64,000 nucleotides of DNA from Amoebophrya sp. A120 (lineage: Eukaryota; Protista; Dinoflagellata): the NCBI GenBank assembly GCA_905178155.1, contig CAJINV010000007.1:3924265-3988264 (forward strand). The letters are read 5' to 3'. Of the stretch, positions 27,701 to 38,300 are shown piece by piece. Under the pieces are notes generated by a model. The model worked only from the letters and a program-made list of their open reading frames with translations. It ran no database searches and was not told the DNA's origin. A program made the position numbers and the translations under genes. Within the stretch, counting starts at the first letter, position 1; every line of letters starts with the position of its first letter.

Positions 27701-28147
27701 CAAGGCGTTGGATGACAGCGACAGCTCACCGCCAAGCAGAGTCATGAAAAAGACCTCCGCGCCTGCAGCGTATAATAGATACTCGAAGCGCTTTTTGTTT
27801 TTTTTATCTCTGATGCGATACAGCTTCATCTTCTATACAGTTTATTTCTCATCATTTAGGTGCGTGGAGTTGTTGAGCAAGAAATGCGAAGTAGAAGCGA
27901 GTGCAATTATGGAAGATGTCCTTTTAATTCATGCAAATTTCATCACCGCAGCGCCTCTGGCACCTTCGTGAACCGCAAGAAGAACAGTTCGTACAAAAGG
28001 CGTGACTCCTCGGAGCAGGCGTCGCCTGCGAAAGGGCCCGGGCGCCGAGACTCGGACACGAGTGAGCCGGCCAAGTGGACGCCGTGGGGCGGGCATTTTG
28101 GTTTGGGCAGGTTCGGCAGGATTGACGACGAAGATGATGATGAGTAG
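24731..28147 (+). CDS. Low-complexity (Ser/Gly/Asn-rich) multi-exon hypothetical protein
   Basis: Continuous frame MSTIQPHGG...QNP-YMQEY...EGD-NDGTAAG...NNQ-GNYNKP...SSE-ADEK recovered by removing 4 introners. Ends ...IDDEDDDE*. Middle exons not fully resolved. Confidence 0.55.
24873..24984. mobile_element. Introner, family C
   Basis: TSD CCCGT. The 117-nt intron is in frame and stop-free (read through by ORF 24662..25165). Confidence 0.85.
25049..25380. mobile_element. Introner, family A
   Basis: TACGGGGGTGTCAGGAGCGAAATCGTCAAAGT ... ACTTTGTCGATTTCGATCCTGACACTTCCATA. Direct repeat ATAA overlaps the right TIR. Confidence 0.85.
25537..25703. mobile_element. Introner, family H
   Basis: TSD TCAGG/TCACG. 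Body similar to the 13891 element. Confidence 0.85.
25793..26019. mobile_element. Introner, family B
   Basis: TSD TGAGG, which yields a canonical GT...AG intron at 25792-26023. Confidence 0.9.
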
Positions 28148-29597
28148 TAGAGAGGTTTTATTTCTATCAAAAAACCTGCTACTTACTACGCGGACAATGA
28201 TATCAAAATCAATACAGTATTTTATCAAAAGAATAATTGGCGAGGTTGAGGTGGTGCTGCAGGCTGGTACTAGTGGCACTGCATGAAAAAAATTTGATGA
28301 CCACGCTAAGATACTAGATATAGACCACGTTAGTAGGTGACTTCGACTTGTTACCTTCCGTACGAAACAACGGAGTTAGTATACTTTATCGAAACTTCTC
28401 CAAAGCCGTGCCGCACCTTGCATTTTGATTTTATTGATGCACCACGGTATAATTATTGAGAATGTCAGTGCTCTCCTTGCTCGAGGTCGATCGTCAGCCT
28501 GAGAAGGTGAAGGAGCATGGTGCCTACTTTTGCACATTAATTATGCGCAGAATATCTTTGTAGTGAACTTTGAATGCCGCCGCTGTTTGGAATTATACGA
28601 ACTTCGTACGCCCTTTTTTTCAAAAAAGCCAACCGACGCATCAACGCGCACGTTAGTCTAGTACTTGTTGTCAAGCCGCTTTGAATTCAAGGATTTTCTG
28701 GGAAAAAAACACGCACTTGTGGCCTCGGCTCAAGAAAGATAGGCCGAAGATGAAAAACAATAGTTTCACTCTTTTGGTTTTGATGTGCCGAGATTTTCAC
28801 ATCACTGCAAAATGTTCTCGGATGTACAGGATTGAAATGAGATAAAACGGTTGCTGATTGATGCGAAGCCTGCTGGTGCGTCAAGTAAGTTTATTTCCTT
28901 AAAGATAGAGATGAAGTAGAGCTGGACTTTGTGCAAGATTGGTCTAGAAAGAAAGTAGATAGCAGCTTCTATTTGGTACTTCATCATCAGAACTGCGAAA
29001 GAACATGGCGGCCGCTGGGTGTGAGTACAACGGCTGCTCTTGTCCACAACTAGTGCGCGCCCTCCGGCTGCAAGTAAGCACCACAGTCGTCGTCTTCATC
29101 AGCGTGCGTACGTGTTTGCGTTTGCTCGTCATTTTTTTGGGCAAACTTGCTGCTGTGATTTAAGAGTGGGCCCTTTCTTGTTCGACTTGTTATCTCCTGA
29201 GAGTTGAAGTACCATGCTGGGGAGAAGTAGAAGCGTTTGCCGGCCGTGGGTAACACCTGTGGGCGCATTCAATTTTCTTACTTCTACGAGAGAGTTATGT
29301 TATTTTCCTATGTTCCTAACTCACCGAAAAGGCGTTTTATTCTTGTTGAGGTGAGGTGGGAGTGACGATTGGAATGGGTGTGCAAAAGAGACCAATGAGA
29401 AATGCTGCAGCACCAGCGCAAACGCAATTTTTCTGTTGGGCTGCTCCTCTACTGCGATAAAGTAAGTTGTATCACACTGCCAATCAACGTCGCGATTCAT
29501 TTTTCAGTATTTGAGGTCAATCAGGGGAGCGAGCGCCCTCGGCCGTTGTGCCGGATTAGAAAACCAAAATATGCGTACAACTTGTCGACGCTTTTTT

Positions 29598-32500
29598 ATG
29601 ACCTCCGGGCCAGCGACGTCGCTTCTTGGTCTTTCACTGGTTTTGTTTCAAAATGTAGTTTGCAACCTCGTTATCCTCGTTGCCGCCACCAACACCGAGA
29701 AGGTTTTGCAGGCAAAGCAGCTGTTCACAACGAACTTTTTTTGCCAGGAGACCAAGTGCATCAACCCGATTTTTCCGGCTTTCCGCCTTCTCGGCGTCTC
29801 GCAATTGGAGCAGCAGGAAAAGAAAACCCTATGAGAGTACACAACGTTCCCTTGCCCTCCTCCTCATTTTTTTTTTGCATGAACAGCAATGAATACACGT
29901 GGAGCCTGTGCATGGCAAGTTCGTCATGCGCGTAGCATAGTACTGTTTGGGCGTCTGAAACAAACTGTCATGCAAACATTACCACAGATCAGTGCAGCGC
30001 TTGGATTTGGTATTCTGCATGACAAATGAGAGGGAGTGGGACGAGTTTTGCACTCTCATAAACCTGGTCCTGCCTCAACGAACTGGATCTGAACAGTCCC
30101 GGAACGGAACCCGCGGACCAACAGCCTAGCGCGTTGAATCTGCAGAACTTCCGATCCTACGCTAATTTCTGTCAGCACTTGCTCGACTATGATTTTTCCG
30201 TGCCAAACTGGGTGCCGAACGAGTCCACGATCGAGACCACCCTGAAACAAGAGGACGAAAAAATATCAAATGTAAATCGAAGCGGCTGGGTCTGGAAACT
30301 TGTGATGCTAGTCAGGCAGGCGCGGGCAAGTTTTATCCGAGCTGCTAAGGCGGGCTCTTGCGTGCTTCTACAAGAGCAGGTTGTTTATGCGCCCATGATG
30401 CATCACAAGCACAAGGCATGTTAGAGGCATAGGCATTGCAGACAAGCATGTTGACAAATCCCAGTCTCACAAGCTTCCAGATTCAGACGCAGATTATATA
30501 TTTGAAATGTATAAAAGGCGCTAGAAGCCTATTTGTCGCACATCGACGGTCTGGGTTACGAGTTCTTGGAAAATCGCGAGCCCTGGAAATACAAGGAGAC
30601 GGTCCCCTGCTTGTACAAAGTGTACCAAATGTCCTGCTACACGTATTTTCCGAGTATCCACTGCAAATTATGTGTCTCTGTCTGGATTTGGAACTATATC
30701 ACAATCAGAATCAAGATCTGCATCTGCGACGCCCTGAAGAAGTTTGACTTTGTCGATACATTTATTTATTCGGAATCTTGTTTGTCATGCAAATGTGAAC
30801 CGCGCAGCCTTCCACCTTTCGCGTGCTTCTTCCAAAGTTTCTTTGTCTTTGGGCTGCTATTAGTGGTCCTCGTGCTGCAGAGGGCTGCTAGGCGTTCACA
30901 AGTTAACTTCAGAACCTGCCAGATCCAGACAGCAGACATCTTTGCAACCGATGTTGCAGTGTGCACCGCCAAACTCGGCCAGTCACGGCGAGTACATCCG
31001 GCCCTGTCGCGTATGCATTGCAAAAACGTCGCGCTTGACCTCGATGTAAGACTCGAGCGCCAGAAAGATGCATGAAGACAAATTATTTATCTACATCTTT
31101 CGTACTCCTGCTTTACTCACCATAGGATACGAAAACACATTGCCAGTCGAAGAATTTCGAATGCTACGCGTGCTTCATCTTCAATTTCTAGTAGTTCAAT
31201 GCTTTTGCCATGCACATCGCGGGACCTGCGACAACTACCTCCGCGCCTGCGGAGTCAGCTGCTGTGACGAAGGCACAAACTGTGTTTTTGAGCACAAGGA
31301 GCGCGTGCAGTCGCTGGCGAATCCGACGGAATAGGAAATAAGATCCAGGTCGTGTACTATCACGTAGTTGTAAACACGGAATTTTTACAGATTGCAGGCA
31401 GGCAAAACCGGTGGTATTTTGACATCCTATCACGCATGCTATGCGAAAATGGATGGAGGGGATGCAAATAATGATATTGTTCATCGCATGGTGTGCATGA
31501 TTTCTCCTGCGAGTCACCATTACAACGTTGACACGACGACATTCACTTCCTGTGATACGGAATCGAGTATGATTACGGTCAAGGGGTACGTGGACCATCC
31601 AGGCCCGAGTCTGTTTTGCACGGGGAATGCGAGACGGCGGTTTGGACTGTCCCCCGGGACCAGCACGGGTTTCGTCTTCGTGCTTTGCGCTTTACTCTGG
31701 ACGCTGAGCAGCGTCCTCCTCACCTCACCCGGAGGTAGCGTCTTTCTTGCTGTGGAAGGCAAAAAGCTGGAACATCGGAGCAGGTACGTATTTATTGTCT
31801 TCAACGACTACTCGATCTCGAGTCGTGCCATGATCAGGCTCGGTGTTTTTATCTCTATCTAAGTTCAACGATTCAAATGAAAATGTTTGATTATGATATC
31901 TCACATCACCTGCAGTAGATCTGAATGTGAAGAAGTTCGACAGACCGCCGCGTTGAGAGTACATATTAATCAACGTGTCGAGTTATGACTTTTCCTACCA
32001 CCGAAAAAGACAGCGCATGCCAACCGTAGAGGACGCGGTCGCACTATACCAAGACAAGGAACTTGCTCGGATGACATCGGAAGCAGCGGTATCCTGTGTA
32101 AGATGAACCCACCGCGGCCCATGATGATCCCAGTTTACTTATATACTTGAAGTATGTAGATTTGCGTCGACCCAGCTTTGTCATGCGCCACTCCCAAGAC
32201 CCTGTCTACAGCTTATTTTCGGTTCATTGTGTAGCTGATTCAATCTTCCCATCCTGACCGTGGGGTCGTGGGTACTAGGTTTTTCCGCAGGACATTTCCT
32301 TTCCGACGCAGAAGGTGATCCGACACTGAGCCAGATCGGTGGCATCATATCAAATGTAAAAATGTCTGGGTCTGGAAGAATGCAACTTGTCATGCTAAAT
32401 CTGAAGCAAGCAAAAACCTGTGTTGCATGAGTACCAAAAGTCGTCCAGTTTTGACCAAGTCGGGCGGGAGTTTCTCATGCAGAATAAGCATGAGGGAGAT

Positions 32501-34561
32501 CGCACAGAATGTGTCATGCTAGGTCCTGCATTCCAGACCTCAATCATGGGTCATGGAAAAGCTGCATGACAAATCGCCCTCTTTCCAGACCCAGACATTT
32601 TTGCATTTGATACATCACGGGCGGAGACGAAGCGAGTGATGTGGTATGCACGCAGACGAGGGAAGCGCCAACGAACCACACGAAGACAGATTATTTTTTG
32701 AGACACAGCAAATAAAGCAAAACAGTAACAAATAGAATTTTACGGAGGAAGAATTCATTGATGCTTCTGTACAGAAATCTTGAAGGTGCTCGACGTTGCA
32801 GTTCTTACTGTAGCTGCTCGCAAATGACTCGCAGTTTATCACCGTAATATTACGCCCCGGAAGATGTCGAAATCGTAAATCGAAGCGCAGCACAACTTTA
32901 GTAAATTGTCATACGTGGACAGCTGACTGAAAAAAAAAATCATTGTTTCGACGTTGGTCCTCGTGCTTCTTTCTGCTAAAAGTTTGATAGCCCCTCACGA
33001 GCGACTACTCCGGCTCTCACACGCTGGCGAAGTGGCGGACCAAGCCCGACTTCACCCTCGAGCTGCAGGCCGCTAAGGACCCCACAACAAGCGCGCTAGG
33101 GTAAAAGTCGAATCTTTAGCTTGTTGAAGGCAGAGGTTTTTTACTTGTGTTATCTACCGATCTGGGTATTATGTGATTCGTCAGTTCGTTTCCTTGCTTC
33201 AGAAGTTCTTCCGCGACTAGAAATTTTCGTGTCGTGTTTACAAAGTGAGACACTGTTATTTGAACAGGTTATCTTCCTGCAACAACGCAAATATCCCGGA
33301 CGCCTTCAAGTGCGGGAAGCGCGGCGTCTGTGTACCCTTCGACCCGGTGGACGCTTCGCCGCAGGCCTTTATGGTCTGCAAATGCGACCCCGAGTACGCC
33401 GGACTGGAGTGTAAGACGGAAAGGAAATCCCAACTCACCGCTTACTTCCTCTCCGTGTTTTTCGGCATGTTTGGCGTGGACAGATTGTAAAAGTTTGATG
33501 TTTATTCTTATTGTATAATATGCGATTTAATCGTTTTTTTTGAGCGGCTTATAATCGGATTAGTGTCCTAGTATTTATTTCCTTGCTGCTTGCTCGGAAG
33601 ACGCGATTACTCATTAAGTTAGTCGATGGGAAATTGAAAATAACCCACTTCAGTTACATCAACGAGTATCTGATCGGGATCTTCAAGCTCCTCTCTTTCG
33701 GGGGTCTGGGCGTATGAGAGTGCATAACAACTATCCGTCCCTTTAGTCAGCTGGCAACATCCACGAGAACAGAAGGAGCGATTGCAATGATAAATTGAGC
33801 TTTGGCAACGTGACAGATTGAATCTATCATGCTGCAAGCAGTTTCAGCTAGCTTTACGTCATCATCCGGAGCCTGTCACGCAAGGAGTGCTGCCAAGAGC
33901 CAAACCAAAGGGTTGCTGAGAGGGTAATGCGCATGACAAATGAGGGGAGCCGGGAGATGATGGTGATGGCACTTCGGTGTCCGCCTGAGCTACTTTCCCT
34001 GCGTGACAGCCATCTGCGGCCGTTTACAAAGGGGGAGGCAAAGTGTGCCGCACTTCTGTTTAGCATGACAAATGAGGGGAGTGAGTTGTGCACTGTCATA
34101 GGTCGTATGGTGGATCCACGACGTGGTGTGGATCGGCACGGGCAATATCTACGCCGAGTCCTACCGGCTGGCAACAGTTTCGTACTCGTAAATGATATTC
34201 GCAATAATATTGCATGACGCCGCTTCTTAGGACGACATGACTCAGCATGAGCATGACAAATTCGATTTATAATCACAGCAACAAGATGAAGATAATTATG
34301 CAAGAAATGCAATTAGACTTACTACTAACTAGCTACGATTCTTTTGCAATGCATAAGTTCTACCGGCTGGCCAAGTCCACTGCCTCCGACATTGTGCCCG
34401 TCGTTTTGACGCCACTGTTTTTCATCTTTGTCGGGGTTTACTACGGCGTGAAGCACCTAAAGGCCCACACTGTCCGGAAGCGTCAGCTCGAGCGCGAGAT
34501 CCTGAACCAGTACGACATCAACGAACTGACGACCAACAAGCACATGCTCGGCGGGATGTAG
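29598..34561 (+). CDS. Cys-rich extracellular + EGF-like + TM2-domain membrane protein (more than 10 exons)
   Basis: Signal-like N-terminus; CYTYFP...YIRPCRGTCDNYLRACGVSCCDE; EGF-like CGKRGVC...CKCDPEYAGLEC; TM2 motif KSQLTAYFLSVFFGMFGVDRFY...GIFKLLSFGGLGVWWIHDVVWI; final TM, then stop at 34559-61. Confidence 0.8.
29830..30060. mobile_element. Introner, family B
   Basis: TSD AACCC/AACCT. Body similar to the 19846 element. Removal gives EKKT-WSCLNE. Confidence 0.88.
30264..30513. mobile_element. Introner, family D (degenerate)
   Basis: TATCAAATGTAAA..CTGGGTCTGGAA / TTCCAGATTCAGAC..TTTGAAATGTATA. TSD lies in an A-run and is ambiguous. Confidence 0.65.
31012..31216. mobile_element. Introner (TATGCATTGCAAAA TIR)
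   Basis: TSD TCGCG. Removal gives IRPCR-GTCDNY. Confidence 0.85.
32348..32612. mobile_element. Introner, family D
   Basis: 30-bp TIR with 1 mismatch. TSD CATCA (32343-47 / 32613-17). Confidence 0.92.
33713..34100. mobile_element. Introner, family B, with duplicated right subterminal motif
   Basis: TSD GGGCG/GGTCG. Splits the TM2 motif GGLG-VWWI. GCATGACAAATGAGGGGAG occurs twice (about 33930 and 34063). Confidence 0.88.
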
Positions 34562-35321
34562 TACGACTAGGACTACTCGACAAGAATATTTTTAGAGCGG
34601 AACTGGAACTGCAAAGCAAAAGAAACTTTGTTCGCTGCCAGTCTTATATGATTGGGGCCGTTTCGCTGTCGATTTGCTATCTCCCGCCGGTGATTATCAT
34701 GGGGAGATGGCTTTTTTCCTGAAACTGCGTGTAGGAGGAAAGGCAAGAAAGTAAAAAAACCACTTGCACAAGTTTTCTTTTTTCAGTGTTCGAGAGAAGC
34801 AGATGCCTTGAGTAGTACTTACTACAACGATGAAGAGAAAAAAGACGTCGAAGAACTTGCACAGCCTTGAATTTTCTGCTTCTGGACGATGTCGTAGCTT
34901 AAGGTCGTGCAGCTTCCAAATGAGTTACGAACTACTTACACCCACCGTGGAAGATCTTCCGTCTTGGGTGATGGCCTCGAGCTTTTGGGTGAGCCGTGCA
35001 TTGTGAGAAGGGTTTCTCCTCGGAGGACGTCGAGAAGATCGTGGGTACGGCGTACGGGTAAATTACTCTACTACAAGAGGACGGGCCGCACAGTTTATAC
35101 CTAGTAGGAGAGCAACCAGATCATTTGGTGCTGAGTAGAGGAGTTGCTGTTCCTGTGGCGGTGCTTTAGTACTAGCCCCGAGGAAGTGCAGCAATTGCAA
35201 GAATATTGAACTACCACAAGAAGTGAATAAATTTTTATTTTGCGTTCTTGCTCGTAAGCGTAAGAATTTAGCAGCTGTACTAACTTTGACAGAGCTCTCT
35301 GAATTTGAAAAACGAAAAGTC

Positions 35322-38300
35322 ATGGCCGCTCTGTTCAAGCAATGTTTCAGTGCCCAGGATATGGGATGGACTCCACCATTCACTTAAAAAACATTCAAAA
35401 AACTTGGTTTTAAGTAATAAAGATTAGGTTTGTTTTGCGGCGCATTCCTTCGTCCCGGATTCCGCGACGTGAGCTTGATCCTCCACCGTCACCGTTTTGG
35501 AAGCCGTTATATATGCAGGCTAAATAGCTACTTAGCTTTAAATGAAGATCCCAACTTGAGCTAGATAATGAGGGTGAAACGCAATGCAATTCATCAGGTA
35601 TTGTAATTGAAATTCTTATTAAGTGCGGGAGTTCGTCCGCCCATTTGGAGTCGCTTATCACCGCCACGTACTGCTGTTGGGGCCCCTTGAGGGATTTGCT
35701 GGTATAGAGGTCGCGATAGCGTCGTGCGCCGGCACTTTCTTGAAGAGGAGCATCCGACTACTTTTGGTCTTTGACTCATTTTTGTCCACCATAGCATCGA
35801 GAAGTAGCGAAGTCTGATCATCACCATTCAAATGAGGTATTTTGCAGGTCCCGGATGAGGGTATTTTATACCTCATCCGGAACACGGAAACAGTTTGCGG
35901 AGAGGTGAATTCTATACCTCATCAATAGACCTCATCCAAACCAATGATGTGGTATGCTGAATTTCTACAAAAAATCTGCCATACCATGCGGATTAAGAAA
36001 AGCGCAATACTTTTCGCGAGCATTCCCAGAATTCCTCCTCTTCCACCATTTTCCAGGTATTCTGCCGCCGCTTTGTCCCACAAATTGCCACGGGGCCCCA
36101 GCAGTCCAACAGGCGGGTCATCAGGCAGGTCACAGGTTGGGTGCCGTCAAGGAGGTGGTTGCGGTGGTCCTTGCTACTGTCCTTTATTTCGATGTCTTTT
36201 AGAGGGAAAACTAGCTAGCTCAAATTGGGATCTTCGTTTAAAGCTAGGCACTTCATCATCGATAACAAACCCAGCTCACCTCCCGGCGATGTCGCCGAAA
36301 ACACGACGACCCAGACGTCCAAAACTGCATGGATAACTGCCCTATTTTGCTTCAGAGCCAAGTTTTTTGAATGTTTTTGAAGTGAGTGGTGGAGTCCATC
36401 CCATACAGGATTTTACACAGGTGCTGCTGATCGGGCTTGGTGGCGTGGGGAAGAGCACGCTGATGCAGCGCCTATCAAAACGAAAAATCCCCCCTCCCCA
36501 TATCGAAATGGAAATCTGTGATGCAGGATTTGGGTACACAGATCGGATTTGTCTTGCAGTAAGGCATCGCAGCCAGATCCTCGGCCTAGGTAGGGGCGTA
36601 TAGGTCTAGTTGCTTAGCATTGCAAACGGGTGTCCCCTAGGCGCAACAGCATGCCAAATCGCTTCCATAATGGTGCGGAAGCCTCTGCGCTTGTCTTCTT
36701 GCAAGACAGACGTGATTTGTGACCTCAAATCAGCAACGCAAATTTTCGGAAACACACCATTTCGATATGGGGAGGGGGGATTTTTCCTCAGAATAGCGCC
36801 TGAAGGTGCCCCAGTGGAAGTTGGAGCGCATGGCGAGTACCCTGGCAGTACGGAAATGATGTAGTCAGGTGGGAAGTCGACAAATAATGAATAGGAAGCA
36901 CTGCGCTCTATGATCATTGTTATTGTGATGCATGAAATGCCCATACGATAGTAAAAAGTACCTGCTCGAGCAGTAGTTGGGCCCACCATTTGCAAGCATC
37001 GCATGACAAATTTTCCACACGCTGGGAGGCAATTTGCTATGCTGTTTTCAACAATAGGGACTGCGACTGCTCGTAGGATGTTGCTCCGCAGCAGCAACTG
37101 CGCTGATCGTACTGATAATCTACCTCAGGCGGCTCCTCGGTGAGCCTAGCAGTAGTCGGGGTGCTGCTTGTGTAGCAATCCACGCGTGACACAAGATCAA
37201 CATTGATTTCATTTCGACGATTATTTCACCAATGGCGGTCCCATAGGCAGACCTGCGGCAGTACAAAGTATGGGATGGCTATGGAAGAACAGATGAGCTA
37301 GTTTTTTTGTTGGAGCAAGTCTCGTCTCTGTGATGCAGAAACCAATGGGACGGCTATGGAAGAACAGATACAGATGAGCTAGTTTTTTTGTTGGAGCAAG
37401 TCTCGTCTCTGTGATGCAGAAACTGTGTTGTCGTGCCAGACAACCGTGATAGCCTCTTATCTTTTGATCAGGAATTTTCCGCACCACTAGCGGTGCTTGA
37501 CAAGAATTTTTCTCTGTCATGCGTCGATGCAGTTTTGTGATGCTTTTTTTGTTTTTTCTATTTTTAGTTCGCGAGAGTTACTTACACCGACGCAGGAGTG
37601 CTAGCTTTTCCCTTCATAATCGCGCGGGCGAGGCGGAGGAAGACCAGAAAACGGCGGATGCAGCTAAGTGGGGCCGACCGATAGAGTACACGTCGTTTAC
37701 GGGGAGTGCGAAACGCGCCGCGTTGCAAGAGCCGGGCTACAATTATCCTGTGCAAAAACGGATGCAGCGTACCAGTAACCCCACGACTCCAGAGCAGATT
37801 TACTTTTACCTCCATGCGTCTGCATGCTCAGAATGCCTCTCATGCACAGCTCCAGCAACTACATCAGGATCAGGTTCAGGAGCATTTTCTAACGGTATCT
37901 ATATATGGGTGGGATCATTTTGTCATGCTCATGCTCACGAGGCAGCACCAGCATTTTTCGAGTCGTGAGGGAGGATCTCTCGCTAAGAAGTAAAGCGACT
38001 ACCCTGGACAAGGCACTTGCTGATGCGCAAGAGGTAAAACGTGTCGTCTTGACTAGTGCTACTGGGTCGTGGGCAATGCTGCGAGTGCCACGTGTTTACT
38101 CAGGATAACACTTACGAAGTGTTCAATGACTTCGGGCTCTGGGACATACCTTCCATCGTGTCCGACATGCTACCAGTATGACAGTGCACAAGAATCAAGA
38201 ACTATTCCCCTGCATGCTCATGCAGCTCCTCATTTGATTTGGTAGGGCATGTTTAGCAACAGAAACGACGCCATGATAATGGTTTCTGCATGACAGGCCA

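Noticed and set aside
28720-28740. Dinoflagellate spliced-leader relic (GGCTCAAG)
   Set aside because: Only the last 8 nt match the 22-nt leader, which is not significant.
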